Shown: piece after piece, positions 27,449 through 36,199 of the stretch
How the letters are laid out: every line of letters starts with the position of its first letter
Numbering within the stretch: the stretch's first letter is position 1
Source: Candidatus Saccharimonadales bacterium
GTDB lineage: Bacteria > Patescibacteriota > Saccharimonadia > UBA4664 > SCTI01
NCBI GenBank assembly: GCA_035479795.1
Contig: DATIII010000004.1
Location: forward strand, 15,668-79,667
Direction: 5' to 3'
Length of the DNA stretch: 64,000 nucleotides
Position numbers and translations under genes: made by a program
The notes under the pieces: generated by a model
Told to the model about the DNA's origin: nothing
What the model saw: only the letters and a program-made list of their open reading frames with translations
The model's database searches: none

Positions 27449-28057
27449 ATGGAAGTAACATATTTAGGCATGAACTGTGTCCGGCTGACCGGCAGGGATA
27501 TTGCAGCTTTATGCGACCCGGCCGAGGGGATTAAGCAGGGAGCCGAGGCTACGCTTCTTAGCCAAGAAGATATTAAAGTTCCTGAAAAAGCAGGGATGGT
27601 GATTGACGGTCCGGGCGAATATGAGATTAAAGGTGCCATGATTACCGGGGTACCAGCCCGGCTACATGTCGATGAAGAGGGGGATCGGGGGACGATTTAT
27701 TCCGTCATGATCGATGGTATTAATGTGGCTTATCTTGGTAACATAGCTCCCGAATTATCAAACAATCAGATTGAGGCCTTGGGCCAGGTTGATGTCTTAA
27801 TTATTCCAGTCGGCGGCCATGGTCTGACATTAGACAGTGTTTCGGCGTCTAAAATTATTAGTCAGCTTGAACCTAAGTACGTGGTGCCGACGCATTATGA
27901 TGATGGCAAAACCAAATACGCCGCACCACAGGACAAGCTCGAGGTTTTCCTAAAAGAAATAGGCTCCAATCCTGAGCCCATGGCTAAGTTGAAGGTTTCT
28001 AGCCGCGATATGCCGCTGGAGACTACCATTGCGGTGCTGCAGCGAGCCGGAGCTTAG
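27449..28057 (+). CDS. MBL-fold metallo-hydrolase
   Basis: Metallo-beta-lactamase-like His/Asp pattern (VLIIPVGGHG, PTHYDDG). Confidence 0.6.
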   Translation: MEVTYLGMNCVRLTGRDIAALCDPAEGIKQGAEATLLSQEDIKVPEKAGMVIDGPGEYEIKGAMITGVPARLHVDEEGDRGTIYSVMIDGINVAYLGNIAPELSNNQIEALGQVDVLIIPVGGHGLTLDSVSASKIISQLEPKYVVPTHYDDGKTKYAAPQDKLEVFLKEIGSNPEPMAKLKVSSRDMPLETTIAVLQRAGA

Positions 28058-28065
28058 CCTAAGCC

Positions 28066-28491
28066 ATGGCTTTTAGCGATAAAGCCGCAAAGTTTTTGGC
28101 TCAAGTTAAGATGGGCGTGATCTCAAGTATTGGCCCGGATGGCGCGCCGCAGTCGGCGTATGTCGGAGTCACAACGTTGTTTGAAACGGGCGAGCTAATG
28201 GTCGGGACCTCGGTTAAAACCCGAAAGTATGCCAACCTCAAGGCTAACCCTAAGTCCAGCATTACGATGTGGGAGGGCGCCACGACAATTCAGACCGAGG
28301 GCGCCGTTGAAATTATAGAGCGCGGCGATTCGCGCTTTGCCGATTACGAGGGCCGAATCCTAAAGGTTGACCCTAGTAAGCAGCGGTTTGTCGGAGATTC
28401 CGATCAAATCTGGATGGTATTTAAGCCCACCTGGATCCGCTACACCGATATAGCTGCAAAGCCATGGGTGATCGAGGAAAATAAGTACTAA
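28066..28491 (+). CDS. Pyridoxamine 5'-phosphate oxidase-like FMN-binding split-barrel protein
   Basis: 141 aa; PNPOx/general-stress-protein-26-like pattern. Confidence 0.55.
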   Translation: MAFSDKAAKFLAQVKMGVISSIGPDGAPQSAYVGVTTLFETGELMVGTSVKTRKYANLKANPKSSITMWEGATTIQTEGAVEIIERGDSRFADYEGRILKVDPSKQRFVGDSDQIWMVFKPTWIRYTDIAAKPWVIEENKY

Positions 28492-28520
28492 AAAACCGCC
28501 TGTTGGGCGGTTTTTGATTT
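28492..28520. terminator. Bidirectional intrinsic terminator
   Basis: AAAAAACCGCCtgttgGGCGGTTTTTGATTT between convergent genes. Confidence 0.55.
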
Positions 28521-28785
28521 AAGCGCCGGCCGGAGCCTTTTCGGCCGTTTGCTTTTCGGCCTTCTTTGTTTCTTGGGCCTCAAGTTTCGCCGCTTCCTCG
28601 CGCTTGTACTTGGCCAGGGTGCGCATGCACTGGGTGCAGAGCTTGGCGCGGACTTTGGAGCCGTCGATATCTAGGCGGGTACGCTGAAGATTCGGCTTCC
28701 ACACTTTGTTCGTCTTCTTTTGAGAGAAGGGAACATTGTGGCCGAATTGCTTTCCTTTGCCGCAAATTTCGCAGGCGTACGACAC
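28519..28785 (-). CDS. rpmB: 50S ribosomal protein L28 (zinc-ribbon form)
   Basis: MSYACEICGKGKQFGHNVPFSQKKTNKVWKPNLQ...CTQCMR matches bL28 with CxxC...CxxC. Confidence 0.7.
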   Translation of the reverse strand: MSYACEICGKGKQFGHNVPFSQKKTNKVWKPNLQRTRLDIDGSKVRAKLCTQCMRTLAKYKREEAAKLEAQETKKAEKQTAEKAPAGA

Positions 28786-28851
28786 TTATCGACTCCTTAA
28801 TAACCAAGGTAATATACCTGAAAACGCTCGGATCGTCAACAGATAGAGCGG

Positions 28852-29490
28852 GTGGTACAATTGCTAGCAATGGATTTGGTTTACATCATATTTGCCCTGG
28901 TAATGGCGCTTACCCTGCACGAATTTGCCCATGCCTGGATGAGCGACTACCTGGGCGACCGCACAGCTCGCTCACATGGTCGCCTAAGTATAAACCCACT
29001 AGTGCATATTGACCCGATTATGACGGTGCTGCTGCCTATCGCTCTGATTGTGGCGCACTCGCCGGTCCTGTTTGGCGCAGCCCGCCCAGTCCCGTTTAAC
29101 CCTTGGGCCGTGCGCTATGGCCGGTGGGGAGCTGCCTTGGTGGCGGCTGCTGGGCCGTTAATGAACCTACTTTTGGCCTGCTTCTTCGCTTTGTGGCTAC
29201 AGCTTTTCCCCGTTGGCGCTTTAGCTCAACTATTTATCGCCATCATTGCCGTCAATGTCGGCTTCATGGTCTTTAACCTGATGCCGATTCCGCCTCTGGA
29301 TGGGTCTCGTGTGGTTTATGCGGCCATCCCCCAGATTCGGGGCCTGTTCGACGCCATAGAGCAGAACGGACTGATTTTAATATTCGTGTTGTTAATCTTT
29401 GCAGGCCCGCTGCTGACAGGCATAATCGGCCCGATCGTCGCTGCAATTTTGTCTCTGCTAATCCCGGGCCTGACTGGTTTATCGACCTAG
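28852..29490 (+). CDS. Site-2 protease family (M50) membrane zinc metalloprotease
   Basis: HEFAHA HExxH motif within a TM helix and FNLMPIPPLDG second motif. Confidence 0.75.
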   Translation: MVQLLAMDLVYIIFALVMALTLHEFAHAWMSDYLGDRTARSHGRLSINPLVHIDPIMTVLLPIALIVAHSPVLFGAARPVPFNPWAVRYGRWGAALVAAAGPLMNLLLACFFALWLQLFPVGALAQLFIAIIAVNVGFMVFNLMPIPPLDGSRVVYAAIPQIRGLFDAIEQNGLILIFVLLIFAGPLLTGIIGPIVAAILSLLIPGLTGLST

Positions 29491-29493
29491 GCC

Positions 29494-29523
29494 TGGATCC
29501 CGAATACTCAATCCTGTATCCTG
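29494..29523. repeat. Short AATCC/ATCCT heptamer-like array
   Basis: GGATCCCGAATACTCAATCCTGTATCCTG. Confidence 0.5.
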
Positions 29524-29821
29524 TAACTAGCTCTGCATGTTGTGGTAGTCCGGTATATTTTTTTCTGTATGACTTTTTACCTCGGGAGCTCGAGATTGTC
29601 CTTGGCCTTGGCCAAGGAACTGAGAGCACCCACCTAGCTTAGGACGGGAAGAAGTTGTCCGGATACCCAACAGCGGAGATTTTTTTGTTAAAGCCTCAAT
29701 CTCGGCTCATTTCAGCGTTAACCTTGCGTCTTCGTCCTCACCGTACTAATGTGTACGTCTCGGTTGAAGTACTCGGTTTGCCTTGAAATGCGCTCGAGCT
29801 AGAGGCTTTAATGTAAAAGAA

Positions 29822-29898
29822 CGGGGTGTGGCGCAGTTGGCTAGCGCGTACGGCTGGGGGCCGTGAGGTCGCAGGTTCAAGTCCTGTCACCCCGACCA
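29822..29898 (+). tRNA. tRNA-Pro (anticodon GGG)
   Basis: CGGGGTG/CACCCCG acceptor, anticodon loop CTGGGGG, T-loop GGTTCAAGTCC, discriminator A, CCA. Confidence 0.9.
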
Positions 29899-30023
29899 GG
29901 TATTATTACAACTGACTTGAACCTGGCATTGTCGAGCGAAGCCCTGACAAAGAGGGTCATTTGAGTAGGCGCGCGCAGAAGCTACCTCCTAGTTTCGAGC
30001 ACGGCGACGAAATTGGCCTGCCA

Positions 30024-30058
30024 AAGTCCTGTCACCCCGACCAAGAATTATTACCAAT
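30024..30058 (+). repeat. Direct repeat of the tRNA-Pro(GGG) 3' end (att-like scar)
   Basis: AAGTCCTGTCACCCCGACCA is identical to 29879-29898. The next ~13 nt are also similar (GGTATTATTACAA vs AGAATTATTACCA). Abuts the stop of the dcd-like gene. Confidence 0.7.
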
Positions 30059-30581
30059 CTCCGGACTGAAAGTTTTTGTGCGAAAGCGATGCCATTGGGC
30101 CGCGGGCGTTCTGGTATTTTCCGGTATACAACTGAGGCTGGCCGATCGGTACCCAGAAGGTCATCTGCCCAATCGACATCCCCGGATAAATCTTAACCGG
30201 CTGGACTGCATGCATCTGGAGTGTCCATTGCCCAAAGGCGCCTTGATCAATTAAATCAGCTGTAATATTGATGAATAAACCGAGCCGGCCGATAGAGGAG
30301 CGGCCTTTCATGATTGGCACGTAGTTATTGCTGCCAATACGCTCCTCTATATGCCCGAGGTAGAGTCGGTTCGGCTCTAAGACCATGCCCTCCGGAGATA
30401 TTTTGATAGTCCGGGTTGCATTTGAGCGCTTAGCGTCCAGAACCGCTGGCTCGTACACCTTGATGGTTTGACCGATATGAAAGTTGTATGAGTTTGGGTT
30501 AATGTGCCGTGGGTCAAAGGGGGAAATTTGAATCCTTCCCGATTTAACCTCACTGGCTATTTCGGGCCCGGTTAGTATCAC
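30051..30581 (-). CDS. dCTP deaminase/dUTPase-superfamily protein, paralog 2 (catalytic Glu replaced by Gln)
   Basis: GRSSIGRLGL and ADLIDQGAFGQWTLQMHAV. Aligns to Dcd, but the position of the deamination Glu (E138 in E. coli Dcd) is Q. Confidence 0.65.
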   Translation of the reverse strand: MILTGPEIASEVKSGRIQISPFDPRHINPNSYNFHIGQTIKVYEPAVLDAKRSNATRTIKISPEGMVLEPNRLYLGHIEERIGSNNYVPIMKGRSSIGRLGLFINITADLIDQGAFGQWTLQMHAVQPVKIYPGMSIGQMTFWVPIGQPQLYTGKYQNARGPMASLSHKNFQSGDW

Positions 30582-31093
30582 AGCTCGAATCTTATCCGAC
30601 TAGGCTCGGCAGATGTATCACGGGCGTATTTACCTTGGTAGCTCGACCCGTGGCCCTGGACCTTCCAGAAAGTAATCTGGCCAATCTGCATACCCGCATA
30701 AATTCTCAGGGGTTGGACCACTTTTAGCTCGAGAGTCCAGTGATGGTTGGCGCCCATGTGGCCTAGATCGGCCGTGATCTGCAGCCATAATCCCAGCCGA
30801 CCCATTGTTGACCGGCCAATCAAGCTTGTAACGAAGTGGAGGCTGCCGATTCGCTCAAGCGTATGAGCTAAGTAGATTCGCCCGGGCTTTAGTACAAAGC
30901 CGTGTTGTGAAATTGTATGCCGGCTCGTCTTAAAAGGCTGCTTAGGGTCGATCAGCCCAGGTCCGAATTCAATAATTTCATTTCCTAATCGGTAGTTGTA
31001 GCTATTTGGGTTAATTTGGTCTGAGCTAAACGGCTCGATCCATATATTCCCACGGCGACGTTGCTGAATAATTTCAGGTCCGGATAGAATCAT
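30578..31093 (-). CDS. dcd: dCTP deaminase (Dcd family), paralog 1
   Basis: GRSTMGRLGL and ...WTLELKVVQP retain the catalytic Glu, but the I-D-x-G motif reads GHMG. ATGA overlap with paralog 2. Confidence 0.65.
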   Translation of the reverse strand: MILSGPEIIQQRRRGNIWIEPFSSDQINPNSYNYRLGNEIIEFGPGLIDPKQPFKTSRHTISQHGFVLKPGRIYLAHTLERIGSLHFVTSLIGRSTMGRLGLWLQITADLGHMGANHHWTLELKVVQPLRIYAGMQIGQITFWKVQGHGSSYQGKYARDTSAEPSRIRFEL

Positions 31094-31592
31094 GGCTTAG
31101 CTCGGCTTTAATCGCGGCAACTAATTGCTCCAGCTCGTCCCAGTTTTGGCCGCGGTAGGTCGCTATTCTGCTAGAGCTCGGCAGTTTGGCGATAAACTCA
31201 TCAAAGTAGCCAATCATTTTTTCTAACTGCGCTACATTCACAACCTGATGTACGCCGGGTCGATCGTGAAGTCTACTTTTTGCCAGTTCCAAGTTGGGTG
31301 CGGCGTAGATGATGATCATTTGTTCACAAATAATTGAATTAAGAATGGTCTGCTGGAGTGGGGTAAAGGGCTGAGTCCGGCCAAATATCTGGCTATATAC
31401 TACTTCGCTGATATGACCCCTCTCAATAACGGTCTGGCTGCATTGGGCGTACTCGCTAAGATACCGGTCGAACTGATCACCGCCTCGATGACCCAGCGCC
31501 TTGTGGTCCCAACCGAGGCGATTTTTAAGCTCTTTGGCAAGCGTTGACTTGCCGCCACCGTCAATACCCTCGATGAGAATATTCTTTATCAT
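31074..31592 (-). CDS. Deoxynucleoside/nucleoside-monophosphate kinase-like P-loop protein
   Basis: ILIEGIDGGGKSTLAKEL Walker A of the dNK/dTMP-kinase type; ERGHISEVVYSQIF resembles the dNK ERS motif. Overlaps dcd paralog 1 by 20 nt. Confidence 0.6.
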   Translation of the reverse strand: MIKNILIEGIDGGGKSTLAKELKNRLGWDHKALGHRGGDQFDRYLSEYAQCSQTVIERGHISEVVYSQIFGRTQPFTPLQQTILNSIICEQMIIIYAAPNLELAKSRLHDRPGVHQVVNVAQLEKMIGYFDEFIAKLPSSSRIATYRGQNWDELEQLVAAIKAELSHDSIRT

Positions 31593-31692
31593 CTTTCCCT
31601 TGAATGATGATAGTTCTTAAGCATAGTCATAACTAGTCGAAACAGTTTGACTCAAATGCTAATTGCAGTATCTTAGAAGTCTAGGAGTTTTT

Positions 31693-32355
31693 ATGCATCG
31701 TTTGCAGCAACACATTCTGCAGAGGCTGATTCTTAACCCCGAGCAGCGTTATGCCGACCTCAAGCCGGTGGAAGTGGAGGGGAATCTCTTCATGTACCAT
31801 CTGCGCTGTTTGATGAAGGATGGCTATGTTGAGAAGCGGGCGAATGGCCGTTACAGCTTAAGTGCCGCTGGTAAGCTCTATGTCGACCGTCTTAGTCTTA
31901 AATCTCTGACTCCCCGCATTCAGCCGCGGATTGTGACATTAATGGCGGTGGAGCAGGGCGGCAAGTGGTTGGTTTATCTGCGTAAACGCCAGCCACTCAT
32001 CAATCTAATCGGCTTTCCCTATGGCAAGATCCATTTAGGAGAGAGCATTAAGGCCGCGGCTGAGCGCGAGCTTAAAGAAAAGACCGGGTTAATCGCTGAC
32101 CTCACTCACGTTGGTGATGGATATGCTACAACATCCGAGGCCGGTGAGCCGGTTAGCCAAATAATGTTTCATATGTTTTATGGTAAGGATCCAAAGGGCG
32201 AGATTCTGGAGCACTCAGACATCGGCGAGCCCATGTGGGTCGATGAGTTGGCTATTGGTGGGCAGGGCTTTATGCCCAATGTCGCCGACCTACTGGCCTT
32301 GGTAAAAAATCGATCAGCCGAACGCTTCTTCGCGCAACTCGAACATCGAATTTAG
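31693..32355 (+). CDS. Winged-helix plus NUDIX hydrolase domain protein
   Basis: AGGAG Shine-Dalgarno 6 nt upstream. Nudix box GKIHLGESIKAAAERELKEKTGL. Divergent from the kinase-dcd operon. Confidence 0.65.
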   Translation: MHRLQQHILQRLILNPEQRYADLKPVEVEGNLFMYHLRCLMKDGYVEKRANGRYSLSAAGKLYVDRLSLKSLTPRIQPRIVTLMAVEQGGKWLVYLRKRQPLINLIGFPYGKIHLGESIKAAAERELKEKTGLIADLTHVGDGYATTSEAGEPVSQIMFHMFYGKDPKGEILEHSDIGEPMWVDELAIGGQGFMPNVADLLALVKNRSAERFFAQLEHRI

Positions 32356-32414
32356 ATAACGCGCCGCTAACAAGAAGTAGCTTTCCGGTCTCAACTAGCC
32401 TATAATCCATCCTT

Positions 32415-32846
32415 ATGACTTTAATTAATGCCGTCTCTCCTCAGAAAGAATTGGTGATTCACACGGACGGTGGATCGCGCGGAAACCCCGGGCATTCGGC
32501 CATCGGCGTGGTTATTACAACGCCTGAGGGTGAACATCTCGAATCCTTTGGCAATTACATTGGCATTACCACTAACAACCAGGCTGAGTATGCGGCGGTA
32601 GTGGCGGCTCTTAAGTCGGCTGAAAAATATGACCCCCAAAAGATCGATTTCTATCTCGATAGCGAACTAGTCGTCAAACAACTTAAAGGCGAATATCGAG
32701 TTAAGAATGCGGAACTGGCTTCAATATTTACGGATATTCAGAAGCGTACTGAGAATCTCGAAGTTAGCTTTCAGCACGTATTGCGCGAGCATAATCAGCT
32801 GGCCGATATAGAGGTCAATAAAGCCCTGGACGAAGAGCTGGCTTAA
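32415..32846 (+). CDS. rnhA: Ribonuclease HI
   Basis: IHTDGGSRGNPGHSAIGVV, TNNQAEYAAVVAAL and REHNQLAD motifs. Confidence 0.8.
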   Translation: MTLINAVSPQKELVIHTDGGSRGNPGHSAIGVVITTPEGEHLESFGNYIGITTNNQAEYAAVVAALKSAEKYDPQKIDFYLDSELVVKQLKGEYRVKNAELASIFTDIQKRTENLEVSFQHVLREHNQLADIEVNKALDEELA

Positions 32847-33008
32847 TTTAGGCGCATATTTCGGCGTCTAAAGTGCGTTTTTATCATCACCGTACGCTTT
32901 GTACGCTTCTTCGAAAAACTTGCTTATCCTAGAAATCTGCTGCCCAAATTAACCCAGTACATCTGTTAAACCCTTGAAAAAGTGGCAATTTTCAGGTATA
33001 TTTACCGG

Positions 33009-33384
33009 GCTAAGGCTGCTGGATGGCTGCTCGCCAGAGGCGAGAGGAAAGTCCGGACAGCACAGAGTAAGGACGGTTGCTAACGGCAACCGGGACCAGG
33101 GAATGTGTTTCTCTCGAGAAAACATAGGCCCAAAGCCTAGGGAAAGTGCCACAGAAACGATACCGCTCACCATTTTGTGAGTAAGGGTGAAACGAGCAGG
33201 GTAAGAGCCTGCAGCCCCTCCGGGTGACCGGCGGGGGAGGTAAACCCCGTCTGCTGCAAGGCTGCTGGCAATCAGAGAGTACTCGCTCCTGCCAGCGTTC
33301 GCGCCGCACGACCCCGACGGTGACGTCGGGGCTAGATAGATGGCCATCCAATCCGCCAGCTGGCGGAGGGACAGAATCCGGCTT
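33009..33384 (+). ncRNA. rnpB: RNase P RNA (bacterial type A)
   Basis: P1 helix GCTAAGGCTGC (33009-19) pairs with GCAGCCTTAGC (33370-80). Conserved GAGGAAAGTCCGG, ACAGAAACGATACCGC and GGGTGAAACGAGCAGGGTAAGAGC blocks. Overlapping track ORFs are spurious. Confidence 0.85.
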
Positions 33385-33477
33385 ATAGGCAGCCTTAGCT
33401 TAGAATAATTATCCTTCCCGAGGGGAGGGTTTTTATTTTTCAACCTGATAAAATAGTTATGTAAAAAGTGTGAGTTT

Positions 33478-34932
33478 TTGAGAAAAAGAAGCGAGTTAAT
33501 ATTTAGCCTACTGCAGCTGCCAATTGATTTCGTGGCAATTTTGACAGCCTTTGTGGCGGCCTACGCCCTGCGCGTGAAGATTGATGCCCGTCCGGTAGCT
33601 CATCCGCTGGGCTTTATGTTCTTTTTGAAGATTTTCCTGCTGATCATCCCGGTTTGGGTCATACTTTTCGCCCTGAGCGGATTGTACAACCTTTCGAGTC
33701 TACGGGGTCGGCTTAAGGAAATTAGTCGAGTATTTGTGGCCGTTTCGGCCGGAGTCATGTTTATGATTGTGGTCGATTTTCTTTCCAAAGATCCGTTATT
33801 CCCTTCAAAGTCGGTACCGATTTACGCCTATGGCTTGAGCTTAATAACCGTAATCGCGGCGAGAGAGATTATGAGGGCTGTGCAACGCAGCTTGTTTCGT
33901 AAGGGCATTGGGGTTTATCAGGCGGTTTTGATTGGCAGCGGGCCCATTGCTCAGAAGATCGCCGAATCACTCAAATCGGCTAGACACTCGGGCTATAAGA
34001 TCATCGGGGTTATCGATAGTGCCAGGGGGGCTCAGAAGCGAATGACGCCTTTGCGAGTCGATAGTAATTTTCAAAACCTGCTTAACCGACTCAAAAACAA
34101 ACAGATTGATGAGTTTATTCAAGCCGACTCATCGCTAGAGCCCGATGAGGTTTATGAAGTGGTGGAGTATGCCGCCAACCATCATCTTACCTACCGATTT
34201 GTGCCTAATCAGCTTGGTATTTTCGCCACACATTCCGAGGTGGGTACGATGGCGGGTATGCCCATGATCGGCATAAAGCCAACTCCGCTAGACGGATGGG
34301 GGAGGATTGTGAAACGACTGTTCGATATGACAGCTTCACTTTTAGGCTTGCTGGTTCTGTCACCATTTTTCTTGGTCATTGCCGTTATTATTCGAGTTAC
34401 CGATCCCGGGCCAGTGTTATTCAAGCATCGTCGATTGAGTCGAGTGGGCAAGGAGATTTATGTGTATAAGTTTCGCACGATGAAGGTCAGGTTCTCGAAA
34501 GGCGAGTTTGCCGGCAAATCGGATATTCAAGTTTTTCAGATACTGGGTCGTGACAACTTGGTAGAGGAGTTTAAGCGCGACCAAAAGGTACGGCGTGATC
34601 CAAGAGTCAGTAAAATAGGGGACCTTCTCCGCCGCTCGAGCTTGGATGAGCTACCGCAGCTTTGGAATATTTTCAAAGGTGATATTAGCCTGGTGGGGCC
34701 GCGACCGGTCGTCCAGGCAGAGCTGGAAAAATACGGCAGTGGGCGATCGACACTGCTATCCTTAAAGCCCGGCCTAACTGGTTTGTGGCAGGTTTCCGGT
34801 CGCAACGACGTGAGTTATGAGGAAAGGGTCAAGCTAGACCTGTTCTATATTGAAAATTGGAGTCTGTGGCTGGATATTCGGATTATCCTGCGTACACTCT
34901 TGATTCTGGTGACGCGCCGAGGAGCTTACTAG
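33478..34932 (+). CDS. Polyprenyl-phosphate sugar phosphotransferase (WbaP/CpsE family)
   Basis: N-terminal TM helices and C-terminal bacterial sugar-transferase domain with DELPQLWNIFKGDISLVGPRP. Confidence 0.8.
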   Translation: MRKRSELIFSLLQLPIDFVAILTAFVAAYALRVKIDARPVAHPLGFMFFLKIFLLIIPVWVILFALSGLYNLSSLRGRLKEISRVFVAVSAGVMFMIVVDFLSKDPLFPSKSVPIYAYGLSLITVIAAREIMRAVQRSLFRKGIGVYQAVLIGSGPIAQKIAESLKSARHSGYKIIGVIDSARGAQKRMTPLRVDSNFQNLLNRLKNKQIDEFIQADSSLEPDEVYEVVEYAANHHLTYRFVPNQLGIFATHSEVGTMAGMPMIGIKPTPLDGWGRIVKRLFDMTASLLGLLVLSPFFLVIAVIIRVTDPGPVLFKHRRLSRVGKEIYVYKFRTMKVRFSKGEFAGKSDIQVFQILGRDNLVEEFKRDQKVRRDPRVSKIGDLLRRSSLDELPQLWNIFKGDISLVGPRPVVQAELEKYGSGRSTLLSLKPGLTGLWQVSGRNDVSYEERVKLDLFYIENWSLWLDIRIILRTLLILVTRRGAY

Positions 34933-35017
34933 TGCCAGGATTCAGGATTCAGGATTCAGGGTTCAGGATTTTCAAGCTTCTCCTAAATTCTAAACTCCAC
35001 ACTCTAAACCCTGGCAC
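34924..35017. repeat. Inverted heptamer arrays (CAGGATT x5 ... degenerate TAAAYTC) upstream of the GT4 gene
   Basis: GTGCCAGGATTCAGGATTCAGGATTCAGGGTTCAGGATTTTC ... CTCCTAAATTCTAAACTCCACACTCTAAACCCTGGCAC, with flanking 8-bp inverted ends GTGCCAGG/CCTGGCAC. Confidence 0.75.
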
Positions 35018-35023
35018 TACCCT

Positions 35024-36130
35024 ATGAAGGTGGCGATTGTTCATGACTGGTTGGTCAGCCCGGGAGGCGCCGAGCAAGTGGTTCTTGAGTTGCACAAGCT
35101 ATGGCCGAAAGCTCCGATCTATACAGCAGCTTATGAGCCGTCAAAATTTCCGGAATTTAAAGATGCCGATGTGCGCCCAACCTGGCTAAACAAAATCGGT
35201 TTGGCAAAGCGAAAACATCAGCTCTTTTCGATTCCGCGAGCCTGGGCCTTTAAGGGTCTAGATTTATCGGAATATGATGTAGTTATTTCATCATCCAGCG
35301 CTGAGTCTAAATATGTTAAGACCGGTCCAAATACTCTACATATCTGTTACTGTCATACACCAATTCGGTATTATTGGAGCGATTTTGACTGGTATCGCCA
35401 GCATCCACCATTTGGAAAGCTCAATTGGTTAGCATCACTTATCCTGCCGTTTATCATCGGACCTTTAAGGCGAATGGATTACAAAGCCGCTCAAAAGATC
35501 GATTTGTATGTCGCCAACTCCGAAAATGTTCGCAAGCGTATTAAGAAATACTACAATCGCGATGCCGTGGTCATATATCCCCCGGTAGCCACGGGTAAGT
35601 TTAAGGTGAAGCGAGAGCCACAGGACTTTTATTTGATTGTGGGTCGGCAGGTCGCCTACAAACGGCTGGACTTAGCCGTGGATGCTTTTAATGATCTTGA
35701 ACTGCCGCTCAAAGTGGCTGGGGCGGGGGAGGAGATTGGCAGGCAGAGGTCTCGGTCAAAATCGAATATTGAGTATCTGGGGCGGGTCAACGACGAAGAA
35801 TTAGCTGTTTTGTACGCTCAGGCCAAGGCCTTTATATTCCCACCTGAAGAAGACTTTGGAATTGTGCCCGTCGAGGCCCAGTCGGCCGGCTGCCCGGTGG
35901 TGGCCTATGGCAAAGGCGGGGCGCTGGAGACGGTAGTGGACGGCGAAACTGGCGTGTTCTTTACCAAGCAAACGCCCGAAGCGTTGGCTGATGCGGTTAA
36001 GCTGGCCGCTAAAACCAAGTTTGATGAAGCCAAAATCCGCCATCATGCAAAGCAGTTCGATGCAGCCGTTTTTGCTCGAAAGATTAGCCATTTGGTAGAC
36101 AGTGAATGGCAAAAATTTTCAAAAAAATAG
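35024..36130 (+). CDS. Family-4 (GT-B) glycosyltransferase
   Basis: E-x7-E motif EDFGIVPVEAQSAGCPVVA. Confidence 0.75.
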   Translation: MKVAIVHDWLVSPGGAEQVVLELHKLWPKAPIYTAAYEPSKFPEFKDADVRPTWLNKIGLAKRKHQLFSIPRAWAFKGLDLSEYDVVISSSSAESKYVKTGPNTLHICYCHTPIRYYWSDFDWYRQHPPFGKLNWLASLILPFIIGPLRRMDYKAAQKIDLYVANSENVRKRIKKYYNRDAVVIYPPVATGKFKVKREPQDFYLIVGRQVAYKRLDLAVDAFNDLELPLKVAGAGEEIGRQRSRSKSNIEYLGRVNDEELAVLYAQAKAFIFPPEEDFGIVPVEAQSAGCPVVAYGKGGALETVVDGETGVFFTKQTPEALADAVKLAAKTKFDEAKIRHHAKQFDAAVFARKISHLVDSEWQKFSKK

Positions 36131-36199
36131 AATAAATACAGATCGGTTACAATAAAAAATCTACTTTTTAGTGGTTTTTTAATTCAAGAAATATGCTGC

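Noticed and set aside
32949-33443. Track ORFs 32949..33443 (-), 33010..33351 (-) and 32974..33180 (+).
   Set aside because: They overlie the RNase P RNA, which has a clear P1 helix and conserved blocks; not protein-coding.
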